DNA from: Ignavibacterium sp.
GTDB lineage: Bacteria > Bacteroidota > Ignavibacteria > UBA10030
DNA length: 64,000 nucleotides
NCBI GenBank assembly: GCA_039961715.1
Contig: JABRVW010000010.1
Coordinates: 36,679 to 100,678, forward strand
Reading direction: 5' to 3'
Shown here: positions 11,032-19,623 of the stretch, one piece after another
Layout: every line of letters starts with the position of its first letter
How positions within the stretch are numbered: position 1 is the stretch's first letter
Made by a program: the position numbers and the translations under genes
Notes under the pieces: generated by a model
The model's database searches: none
What the model saw: only the letters and a program-made list of their open reading frames with translations
Told to the model about the DNA's origin: nothing

Positions 11032-11060
11032 TTGAAAAGCTGGCCTTTTTTTCGTATGTT
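11032..11060 (+). promoter_or_regulatory. Candidate sigma70 promoter for the clpS-alaS operon
   Basis: TTGAAA-17 bp-TATGTT, downstream of a small CGGAG/CTCCG hairpin after icd. Confidence 0.55.
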
Positions 11061-11071
11061 TTTTGGTTGCA

Positions 11072-11389
11072 ATGAGTCGTGATGTGCTGGAAATAGGACA
11101 ATCAATTCCGGGAGCGGAAGCACCGGTCCTTGAAGCCATTGAAGAGGATGCCACCAAAGCACAGGAGCCGGCAAAGGTCATTTTGTTCAACGACGACATC
11201 CATACGTTTGACGAGGTCATCGGCCAGCTGATCAAGGCGACAGGCTGTGATTCAACCCGGGCCGAAGCGCTTGCCTGGGAAGTCCACACGAGGGGGCTTG
11301 CGGCAGTGTATGAGGGACCGATGGACGAATGCTTAAGGGTCTCCTCGGTGCTTGAGGAGATCGCCCTCCATACGAAAATTGAAGTATGA
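11072..11389 (+). CDS. clpS: ATP-dependent Clp protease adaptor ClpS
   Basis: KVILFNDDIHTFDEVI, A..EVHTRG core motifs; ATGA overlap with alaS. Confidence 0.88.
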   Translation: MSRDVLEIGQSIPGAEAPVLEAIEEDATKAQEPAKVILFNDDIHTFDEVIGQLIKATGCDSTRAEALAWEVHTRGLAAVYEGPMDECLRVSSVLEEIALHTKIEV

Positions 11390-14187
11390 CCTCCCGCGAC
11401 CTCCGCAGCGCGTTCCTGAAGTTCTTTGAAGACCGCGGGCATACCATCGTTCCCAGCGGCCCGGTCTTTCCCTTCGACGATCCCACCCTTTTGTTCACCA
11501 ATGCGGGGATGAACCAGTTCAAGGACGTGTTTCTGGGGACCGGGAAACGTCCGTACACGCGAGCTGTCGATACCCAGAAGTGCATCCGCGTCAGTGGAAA
11601 ACACAACGATCTCGAAGAGGTCGGGCGCGATACCTATCATCATACATTCTTCGAGATGCTGGGGAACTGGTCCTTCGGCGATTATTACAAGAAGGAAGCG
11701 ATTGCCTGGGCCTGGGAACTGCTGACAAAGGAATGGGGGCTGCCCAAGAAGCGCCTCTGGGCAACCGTCTTCACGGACGACGATGAGGCGGCAACGCTCT
11801 GGCGCACCGTGACGGACATCGACCCCTCGCATATTCTGCGCTTCGGCCGCAAGGACAACTTTTGGGAGATGGGCGATACGGGACCGTGCGGCCCGTGTTC
11901 GGAGATCCATATCGATCGAACGCCAGGGGGAACGGCAGATGCCTCGCTGGTCAATGCGGGCCGGTCCGACGTGATGGAAATCTGGAATCTCGTGTTTATT
12001 CAGTACGACCGTGATGGTTCCGGCACGCTGACACCACTCCCCGCAAAGCATGTTGACACCGGGATGGGATTCGAGCGTATGTGTGCGGTGATGCAGGAAA
12101 AGCACTCGAACTACGACACCGACGTCTTCTCGCCGCTGATCGGCACCCTCAGCACCATCAGTGGGAAGTCTTATGACGGCCGCATGAATCCTGACCTGCC
12201 GCGCGAACAGTCGGAGATTGACACGGCGATGCGGGTGATTGCCGATCACATCAGAGCGCTTACCTTTGCCCTGGCGGACGGGGCGGTGCCATCCAATGAG
12301 GGACGGGGATATGTTCTTCGGCGCATTCTGAGACGTGCAGCGCGCTTCGGACGAACCCTCGGATTTCACGAGCCGTTCCTTCACCGGCTGGTGCCCACGC
12401 TTGTTCAGACAATGGGGGACGTCTTTCCTGAAATTACTGTGCGAAGATCTCATGTGGCAGACATCATCAAAGGAGAGGAAGAGGGATTCGGGGCAACGCT
12501 CGACCGCGGGCTGGAAATTTTTGACGAGATTGCACGGAATCTCGAACGGTCAAACCGAACAACAATCAGCGGCGAAGATGCCTTCAAGCTGTACGACACC
12601 TTTGGCTTCCCCTTCGATCTCACGCAGTTGATGGCGGCTGAACGCGGGTTTGCGGTTGATGAAGGGGGATTCAACAAACTCCTTGACCAGCAACGAACAC
12701 GCTCGCGTGAATCCGGACGCCAGGGTGAAGCTCGGCCTGCGGTGAAGTTCATGCTGAAGGAATCCGCACCTGAGACACGATTTACGGGGTATGATTCCCT
12801 GGAAGAGCCCGAAGCTCTTGTGCAGGCGGCGGTCGGGGAATTCGTGGTCCTCGATAAGACACCGTTTTATGGCGAGGCCGGTGGCCAGGTCGGCGATACG
12901 GGTGTCCTGGAGGGAAGCATGGGCAGAGCTGTCGTTCTCGACACTCAGCGGGATGGGGCCGTCATCGCCCACAGAATCGACGGCGAGGCCCGGGAGATGA
13001 TCGGACGATCAGTCAGGGCCCGCGTGGACAAGGAGCGGCGGGGCGAGATCATGAAAAATCACACGGCCACGCATCTCGTTCATGCCGCTCTCCGACAGAT
13101 TCTTGGCACCCATGTGCGCCAGGCCGGCTCGCTTGTCGCCCCGGACCACCTGCGTTTCGACTTCACCCACCATTCGGCCGTGGAAAAAGCTCAGCTGGAC
13201 GACGTCGAAGCGCTGGTCAACGAAAAGATCCGCGAAAATATTCCGCTCGTGCATCACAGGAACATTCCGTTTGAAGAAGCAAAGAGAATGGGCGCCCTGA
13301 TGTTCTTCGGCGACAAGTACGGCGATCGCGTGAACGTCGTACAGTTTGGGGAATTCAGCAAGGAGTTTTGCGGAGGGACACACGTGGCCTCGACCTCCGA
13401 CATCGGTTTTTTCAAGTTCCGCTCCGAGGGCAGTGTTTCCAGCGGTACCCGGCGGATTGAGGCCGTCACGTCGGATCGCGCGAGGGAATTCCTGGCTCTG
13501 CGCGAACGGGAGTTTGGCGAACGCGCGACGTATGCGGAGGAACAGGTTTCAATGGTGGAATCGATGATAACCGAGGCAAGACAGCTCGGATCGCCCCAGA
13601 CGGATGCGGTCGCTGGCGCCATCCGGAGGCTTGCAGCGGAGGTTGAGCGGGCCAGAAAGGACACTCCTGCCGCAGGTCCGGCTGATCTGCTCTCCGGATT
13701 CGCCGATCAGGATCGTCGTCGCAGAGGTCTCGAGGACATCATTCTTGCCCTGATGGATCTGCGAAAACAAATGGAAAAGGAAATCTCGCGGTTGCGTGTC
13801 CGCTCGCTCGCGGCCGACATTGACACCCTGATCCAGCGCGGGACGCCGCTCAACGGAGCGCGTCTCGTTTCCGCGGAGGTTTCGGTCGGCTCAATGGACG
13901 AGTTGAAATCACTTGGGGACAGGCTCCGGGAAAGAATTGGGAGCGGGGTGGGGCTTCTGGCATCGGTCGTGGATCAGAAGGTGGCGCTCGTGTGCGTCGT
14001 GACGGATGATCTCATTGCGGGAAAGAAGCTGGAGGCCGGCAAGATTGTGGGAGCTGTGGCCAGATTGTTGGGCGGAGGGGGCGGCGGGCGGCCCCATCTT
14101 GCCACGGCTGGCGGACGGGATGTTTCCAAGCTCGGTGACGCCTTGAAGAACACCGAGTCGATAGTACGATCATTCTTGAATCCATGA
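11386..14187 (+). CDS. alaS: Alanine--tRNA ligase
   Basis: FTNAGMNQFK, HHTFFEMLGNWSFGDY, GMGFER, editing HTATH and FCGGTH, C-Ala GGGGGRP. Confidence 0.98.
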   Translation: MTSRDLRSAFLKFFEDRGHTIVPSGPVFPFDDPTLLFTNAGMNQFKDVFLGTGKRPYTRAVDTQKCIRVSGKHNDLEEVGRDTYHHTFFEMLGNWSFGDYYKKEAIAWAWELLTKEWGLPKKRLWATVFTDDDEAATLWRTVTDIDPSHILRFGRKDNFWEMGDTGPCGPCSEIHIDRTPGGTADASLVNAGRSDVMEIWNLVFIQYDRDGSGTLTPLPAKHVDTGMGFERMCAVMQEKHSNYDTDVFSPLIGTLSTISGKSYDGRMNPDLPREQSEIDTAMRVIADHIRALTFALADGAVPSNEGRGYVLRRILRRAARFGRTLGFHEPFLHRLVPTLVQTMGDVFPEITVRRSHVADIIKGEEEGFGATLDRGLEIFDEIARNLERSNRTTISGEDAFKLYDTFGFPFDLTQLMAAERGFAVDEGGFNKLLDQQRTRSRESGRQGEARPAVKFMLKESAPETRFTGYDSLEEPEALVQAAVGEFVVLDKTPFYGEAGGQVGDTGVLEGSMGRAVVLDTQRDGAVIAHRIDGEAREMIGRSVRARVDKERRGEIMKNHTATHLVHAALRQILGTHVRQAGSLVAPDHLRFDFTHHSAVEKAQLDDVEALVNEKIRENIPLVHHRNIPFEEAKRMGALMFFGDKYGDRVNVVQFGEFSKEFCGGTHVASTSDIGFFKFRSEGSVSSGTRRIEAVTSDRAREFLALREREFGERATYAEEQVSMVESMITEARQLGSPQTDAVAGAIRRLAAEVERARKDTPAAGPADLLSGFADQDRRRRGLEDIILALMDLRKQMEKEISRLRVRSLAADIDTLIQRGTPLNGARLVSAEVSVGSMDELKSLGDRLRERIGSGVGLLASVVDQKVALVCVVTDDLIAGKKLEAGKIVGAVARLLGGGGGGRPHLATAGGRDVSKLGDALKNTESIVRSFLNP

Positions 14188-14211
14188 ATTGTTCAGGGAA
14201 GGCATGCCGGC

Positions 14212-14970
14212 ATGACAACGTTCGAACGACTGATGCGTATTCGCCATGAGCGGGGTGCGGCACATCTGATCCTTATCGATCCCGACAAGATCGGGGACGC
14301 TGATCTGCCGGCCTTTGTCCGGACCGCAACGGAGGCGGGCGCCGACGGGTTTCTGGTGGGCGGCAGCCTTATGATGACGAACGAGTTCGAGCAAACTCTC
14401 GGGATCGTGAAGCGAAACACCACTCTTCCTGTTCTGATCTTCCCCGGGAGTCTCTTTCAGGTTTCGTCCCTTGCCGACGCGATCCTCTTCCTCGTCCTTA
14501 TCAGCGGAAGGAACCCGGAACACTTGATCGGAAACCAGGTACTGGCGGCACCGATCATTCGCAACATGGGGCTCGAGGCCGTATCGACCGGCTACATGCT
14601 GGTTGATACGGGCAAGACGACCTCAGCGGAATTCATGAGCAACACCAAGCCGATTCCCGCACACAAGCCGGACATTGCGGTGGCACATGCCCTTGCCGCG
14701 GAGATCATCGGGATGAAGTGCCTCTATCTTGACGCCGGCAGCGGAGCAGATGCGCCCGTGCCTGAGGCCATGATCCGCGCAATTGCAGGCCGTTGCGGGC
14801 TTCCTTTGTTTGTCGGAGGGGGTATCAGAACACCGGAGGACGCCGCAGCGCGCGTCCGTGCAGGCGCATCCTTTGTGGTAACGGGAACGGTGCTCGAAGA
14901 ACGCGGCGAGCCGCGAACCATCCGCGCCTTTGCCCAGGCCATCCACTCAACCAGAGCCAAAACCGCATGA
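14212..14970 (+). CDS. Geranylgeranylglyceryl-phosphate synthase (GGGPS/PcrB family, group II-like)
   Basis: LIDPDK, LVGGS, FPG, SGRNPEHLIG, YLDAGSGA, VGGGIR, VTGT. Confidence 0.88.
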   Translation: MTTFERLMRIRHERGAAHLILIDPDKIGDADLPAFVRTATEAGADGFLVGGSLMMTNEFEQTLGIVKRNTTLPVLIFPGSLFQVSSLADAILFLVLISGRNPEHLIGNQVLAAPIIRNMGLEAVSTGYMLVDTGKTTSAEFMSNTKPIPAHKPDIAVAHALAAEIIGMKCLYLDAGSGADAPVPEAMIRAIAGRCGLPLFVGGGIRTPEDAAARVRAGASFVVTGTVLEERGEPRTIRAFAQAIHSTRAKTA

Positions 14971-15554
14971 ACCCAGCACGGCAGAAGTTCATTCTGGATT
15001 CCCTCCGGGAAAGCGCCGAAACCAAACAGCGGATTGCGGACCGGTTGGCGGGTGAGATCTCCCAAGCCATTGATATTGTCAAGGAAGCGTTGGGCACCGG
15101 CCACAAGGTCCTCCTGTGCGGGAACGGGGGCAGTGCGGCGGATGCACAGCATCTCGCGACGGAAATGGTGATCCGGCTGAGCCCGTCGGTCAAGAGGCCC
15201 GGCCTCCCGGCCATCGCGCTCACGACAGATACCTCCACACTGACTGCAGGCGCGAACGACATCGGCTATGACAACGTGTTTGCCCGGGCGGTCGAAGCGC
15301 TGGGGAACGAGGGAGATGTCCTCATCGGCATAAGCACCAGCGGACGCTCCGAGAGCGTGAATCGTGCCTTCAAGGCCGCGGGGGACAAAGGCCTGAAGAC
15401 CATCGCCTTCCTTGGAAAGGATGGAGGAGTCTCCAAAGATCTTGCAGACTGTGTGCTCATCGTTCCCTCGGATGACACTCAGCGGATTCAGGAGGGACAC
15501 ATCACCATCGGCCACATTATCTTCCAGCAGGTTGAGCAGGAACTGTACGGCTGA
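14967..15554 (+). CDS. gmhA: D-sedoheptulose-7-phosphate isomerase
   Basis: ATG 14967 (ATGA overlap with GGGPS); CGNGGSAADAQH, ANDIGY, STSG, QRIQEGH. Confidence 0.92.
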   Translation: MNPARQKFILDSLRESAETKQRIADRLAGEISQAIDIVKEALGTGHKVLLCGNGGSAADAQHLATEMVIRLSPSVKRPGLPAIALTTDTSTLTAGANDIGYDNVFARAVEALGNEGDVLIGISTSGRSESVNRAFKAAGDKGLKTIAFLGKDGGVSKDLADCVLIVPSDDTQRIQEGHITIGHIIFQQVEQELYG

Positions 15555-15572
15555 GGATCTCTGAGCGTTCGC

Positions 15573-16985
15573 ATGCCGGCCCGCAGAAAAGACTTCTTCA
15601 TCCCGTTTCTTGCCGTCGTATCCGACGCTCTGGCGATCGAAGCCGCCTTTCTCATCTCGTACTGGCTCCGCTTCTATTCTCCCTTGACTTCCATCTTCCC
15701 CGTCGAGCTCGGGTTTCCTCCGGTTGAGGCCTACGTGTACGGCTCGCTCTTCGTGATCCCCGCATGGGTGTTCCTGTTTCAATCGCGAGGAATGTATCGT
15801 CCGCGCCGGACCATCCATTTTACGGAGGAATTTTTCCCCATCATTCGCATTGTTGCCATCGGCATGTTGATCGTCATGGCCGCGGCATTTTTCTATCGGG
15901 CCTTTTCCTTCTCCCGCCTCGTCTTCGCCCTGCTCGCGGTTTCCTCGGTGGTGACGATCTCCATGGGACGCTTTCTCATCATGAAGTTCGAGCAATCGTG
16001 GTACCGCTGCGGGCACGACGTCCGCAACGCCGTTGTCGTCGGCTCAAACGAAACCGCCGTCCGCATCTACAATGCCATCGCCCGCAATCCCTCCCTGGGC
16101 TACCGGGTCCAGGGGTTCTTTTCCGTCGACGGCCGCGGCTCCTTTGAACAAACCGAAGCTCCACTGCTCGGGTCGATTCACGACGTGCCGGATTTCGTAC
16201 GCACACATGGAACCGACCTTATCCTCGTCGCCCTGCCCTCCGAGCAACACCCTCGTCTCCTCGAACTCATTCGCGAGAGCGAAGGCCTCAATGCGGCCAT
16301 GCTCATGGTGCCCGACATGGTGGAACTCATGACGAGTCGTGTGCGCGTCACCGAGCTGGAGGGTATCCCCTTCCTCCAGGTCAGGGAAGCGGCGCTGTCC
16401 GCCTGGAATCAGATCGTCAAGCGGGCGTTCGACTTGACGGTGGCGGTCCTGGTGCTTTTGCTCGCGAGCCCTCTTCTGATCCTGATCGCTGTCATCGTCA
16501 AACTTACTTCTCCCGGACCGGTTCTGTACCTTCAGGAACGGGTGGGTCTTGACGGCAGGCATTTTAAAGTCATCAAATTTCGAACGATGCGCGCGGATGC
16601 AGAGAAGGAAACGGGGCCGGTATGGGCAACGAAGGACGATCCCCGAACGACTCCCGTGGGCCGGTTTCTGCGCCGCTTCAGCCTCGACGAGCTCCCTCAG
16701 TTGTTCAACGTCCTGCGCGGGGAAATGAGCATTGTGGGCCCCAGACCCGAGCGGCCTCATTTCGTTGACCGTTTCAAGCGCCAGATACCGAAATACCTCG
16801 ATCGTCACCGTGTTAAAACCGGGATGACCGGGTGGGCCCAGGTCAACGGCCTGCGGGGAAATGCGCCCATTGAGGAACGGACAAAGTACGACGTGTACTA
16901 TGTGGAGAACTGGTCGCTCGCCTTCGACCTGAAGATCATCCTGAAGACGTTACGGGCGGTGTTGTTTGGGAAAGATGCTTATTAG
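15573..16985 (+). CDS. Undecaprenyl-phosphate sugar (probably glucose) phosphotransferase, WcaJ/CpsE type
   Basis: N-terminal TM helices; KRAFD, KFRTM, DDPR, DELPQ, GEMSIVGPRPE, GMTGWAQV. Confidence 0.9.
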   Translation: MPARRKDFFIPFLAVVSDALAIEAAFLISYWLRFYSPLTSIFPVELGFPPVEAYVYGSLFVIPAWVFLFQSRGMYRPRRTIHFTEEFFPIIRIVAIGMLIVMAAAFFYRAFSFSRLVFALLAVSSVVTISMGRFLIMKFEQSWYRCGHDVRNAVVVGSNETAVRIYNAIARNPSLGYRVQGFFSVDGRGSFEQTEAPLLGSIHDVPDFVRTHGTDLILVALPSEQHPRLLELIRESEGLNAAMLMVPDMVELMTSRVRVTELEGIPFLQVREAALSAWNQIVKRAFDLTVAVLVLLLASPLLILIAVIVKLTSPGPVLYLQERVGLDGRHFKVIKFRTMRADAEKETGPVWATKDDPRTTPVGRFLRRFSLDELPQLFNVLRGEMSIVGPRPERPHFVDRFKRQIPKYLDRHRVKTGMTGWAQVNGLRGNAPIEERTKYDVYYVENWSLAFDLKIILKTLRAVLFGKDAY

Positions 16986-17779
16986 CGAAGGGTGAACAGG
17001 AACGTGACAACACAGCTCTGTTCCTGTTGAGGTTGGGAGGCACGAAGCGGCTCAAACTTCCACAGTCTCACCTCTTTCATAGCCGCCTCTTCAAGGGCTG
17101 TATGGGCCTTCTGCGCGGGCTGGGTAGACTTGACGGTCCCGTCAGGGAGAACGACGGTGAGGATCTTGATCTGCGCTTCGACGTTCACTCCGGAGGGATA
17201 CTTCGGCAGTTCTCCACTGATCTTTCGCCTTGTTCCCCCCTGGATCCACTGAATCGAGAACGTCACGCCCTTGTCGACATCCCCCCCCGCCCCCGGCGAA
17301 ACACTTCCGGGCCCCAGCGGTGCTCCTGAAACGGGTCCGGGCGGGCCTGTCTGCTCACGCTCACTCGTCCCGCGGCTCTCTGCAACATCACGCTCCCCCA
17401 CTCCTTCTCTCTCAACGCGTTCCTTCCGAACCGTCTCCTCGGGCGCATCCAGCTTCTCGGTGCGCGGAATTGTGACGGCATCGTTCATTGGATCGGGCAT
17501 GCGGCGTTCCGGAAGGATCACAGGCTGGGAAGGCGGGCGAACCTCCGCTCGTGTATCACGTTTCAGGGTTGTGCGGGAGGATGCGTCGGACGCCGGCGAT
17601 GATTCGACTCTCGGCGTCGGTCCGGGCGTGGAGGTTGCGGGGGCACCCCAGATCACTTCGATGAAATCCTGATTCTCAACGATCTCGGGAACACTGATGA
17701 GCAGAAAACAAATCAGAAGGACGCCATGGACCACAAGGGAGACAATCCATCCGGTTCTTGTTTCTCTGGAAGATCCCAT
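16982..17779 (-). CDS. TonB-family energy transducer
   Basis: TM helix with SxxxH (SLVVH), Pro-rich linker, TonB_C-like end (YP...DGTV...AAMKEVRLWKFEP...VTFLFTLR). Confidence 0.8.
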   Translation of the reverse strand: MGSSRETRTGWIVSLVVHGVLLICFLLISVPEIVENQDFIEVIWGAPATSTPGPTPRVESSPASDASSRTTLKRDTRAEVRPPSQPVILPERRMPDPMNDAVTIPRTEKLDAPEETVRKERVEREGVGERDVAESRGTSEREQTGPPGPVSGAPLGPGSVSPGAGGDVDKGVTFSIQWIQGGTRRKISGELPKYPSGVNVEAQIKILTVVLPDGTVKSTQPAQKAHTALEEAAMKEVRLWKFEPLRASQPQQEQSCVVTFLFTLR

Positions 17780-17786
17780 GGCTGCC

Positions 17787-18188
17787 TCACACTCCCGGTT
17801 GTGTTGCGATCAGCAAGCGCTGAGCCCCGACGCCCTTGGCGATATCCATGACCTGAACGGCGCTCTGAAGACTGACGGTCTGATCCGCCTTAATGATCAC
17901 CAGCTTCTCAGGATCCCTGCTGAGCAGGGGTGCAAGCCGTGCGCCGAGGGCATCCACGCCTACTTGTTCCGTGTTCAAATAAACCCTGCCGTCGGCAGTG
18001 ACCGTGACAATGATCGGAGTCTGTGGTTGCTGTTCAGCGGTGGCGGATTTTGGAAGCTGAACCTTGATGCCTGTCTGCAGAACAAACGAAGAGGACAGCA
18101 GAAAGAAAATGAGAAGCAGAAAAACGATATCCGTCAGCGAAGAGGAGGAGAACATCGCGAGCGGCTTATGCTGTGTCGAGAACTTCAT
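17787..18188 (-). CDS. exbD: ExbD/TolR family protein
   Basis: SLTDIVFLLLIFFLL TM with essential Asp; IKADQ motif. Confidence 0.9.
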   Translation of the reverse strand: MKFSTQHKPLAMFSSSSLTDIVFLLLIFFLLSSSFVLQTGIKVQLPKSATAEQQPQTPIIVTVTADGRVYLNTEQVGVDALGARLAPLLSRDPEKLVIIKADQTVSLQSAVQVMDIAKGVGAQRLLIATQPGV

Positions 18189-18901
18189 CGATCGGACTTC
18201 CGCTGGAAGTATTCCTCCGTAGTTCCGGCAGTCTTGCGCCGGGACGGCTCCTTTTCCGGCGAGCTGTCGAGCTGTCCTGAAACGACGAGATCGAGGAATT
18301 CCTCGGAGCCGTTCTCCATTTCGTACACAAACCTTCCGACCCTGTTGACAAAATAATTGTAGAATCCGTAAGCGATGATTCCCACCAGAAGCCCGAAGGC
18401 TGTGGTCAACAGGGCTTCCCAGATACCTCCGGCGAGATCGCCGGGATTCACCGCCCCGCCGCGTTCCTGGATCGTCCTGAACGCTCCGATCATTCCCGTC
18501 ACCGTCCCCAGAAAGCCCAACAGCGGGGCAATTCCGGCGATGGAAGCCAGAATGCCGAGCCGGTGTTCCAGCTTGAACGTCTCTTCCTTGCCCGCGTTCT
18601 CGATGGCCTCGCGAATCCGGTCATGCCCCTCGGGAAACTTTGTCAATCCTTTCCTGAGAATGTTGGCCAGGGGAGCGCTGCTGCGGGAGCAAAAATTAAT
18701 TCCTTCCATGATGTTGCCGCGCTGAAGGACACTGCGCAGTTTCAACATGAACTGGCCCGCATCGATCGCCGATTTGCGGAGGACCAGAAACCGCTCGACG
18801 ACGATGACAAGGGCTACGATGGAACAAAAAAGGATGGGATACATGAGTATCCCACCCTTGAGGAACAAATCAAGGAGGTTTGCCGTCTCGTTGGTGGTCA
18901 T
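18185..18901 (-). CDS. exbB: MotA/TolQ/ExbB proton-channel protein
   Basis: APLLGFLGTVTGMI, LAGGIWEALLTTAFGL. Confidence 0.92.
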   Translation of the reverse strand: MTTNETANLLDLFLKGGILMYPILFCSIVALVIVVERFLVLRKSAIDAGQFMLKLRSVLQRGNIMEGINFCSRSSAPLANILRKGLTKFPEGHDRIREAIENAGKEETFKLEHRLGILASIAGIAPLLGFLGTVTGMIGAFRTIQERGGAVNPGDLAGGIWEALLTTAFGLLVGIIAYGFYNYFVNRVGRFVYEMENGSEEFLDLVVSGQLDSSPEKEPSRRKTAGTTEEYFQRKSDR

Positions 18902-18906
18902 CGTCT

Positions 18907-19575
18907 TCAGTTCGCCCGGATTCTGTCAATCCAATAGTTGCGCTTGATTTCGTAGGCAAAGCTTTCCACTGCATTCTTCGCCTCCTTGAGAGAGCCATAG
19001 CGTCCGATACGCACCACATACCAGTTGCCGCCCTTTGCGGTCCTCTGCTCCATGTATGCCGGATACCCTGCAGCTTCGAGGCGCTTGACGTACTTCTGGG
19101 CAGTGTCGGCATTCTTCCAGGCGGATACCTGAATCGTGTAGTTTCCCGACATTCCAGCCAGGGCAGTTGACGTCGTTGGTGTGGTCGTACGTCCCACCGT
19201 GCCGGTCCTGATTTCCTTGCCGGTCCCGGTGACCAGGGCCGATTCATACTGCGGTTCCGTCAAAGGAGGTGTTTCAACAAACGATACGCCGGCCGTGTCT
19301 TCCATCATCGCCGCGGTGTCCACCTCGGCATACATAGGTTCTTCCTGGATCGGCTCCTGGATCTGCGTGATGACCGGCGGCTGCTTCTTCCCCCAGAGTT
19401 TGACGATTCCGAACTTGTTCAGGGCAAAGACGCCACCCCCCAGGACAATCACAATAATCAGGATCAGCAACACTTTTGAACCACCGCCTCCGCTGCGCCG
19501 CCGGATCGGGGTTTCAACAGGCTGCATCCCCCCTTCTTCCCCGCCCTCCTCCTCAATAAGGTTGACATTGGGCAT
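18907..19575 (-). CDS. Bitopic SPOR-domain (FtsN-like) peptidoglycan-binding protein
   Basis: Acidic cytoplasmic N-terminus, one TM, disordered linker, C-terminal YTIQVSAW...WYVVRIGRY SPOR pattern. Confidence 0.85.
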   Translation of the reverse strand: MPNVNLIEEEGGEEGGMQPVETPIRRRSGGGGSKVLLILIIVIVLGGGVFALNKFGIVKLWGKKQPPVITQIQEPIQEEPMYAEVDTAAMMEDTAGVSFVETPPLTEPQYESALVTGTGKEIRTGTVGRTTTPTTSTALAGMSGNYTIQVSAWKNADTAQKYVKRLEAAGYPAYMEQRTAKGGNWYVVRIGRYGSLKEAKNAVESFAYEIKRNYWIDRIRAN

Positions 19576-19623
19576 AACGGTTCCTCCTAGATGATGACGA
19601 TGACGGTTTCGGCTTCAGCGGGC

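Noticed and set aside
17281-17288. C8 homopolymer in tonB (also A8 in acnA near 37583) as phase-variation tracts
   Set aside because: Short, in frame, and explained by Gly or Lys codons.
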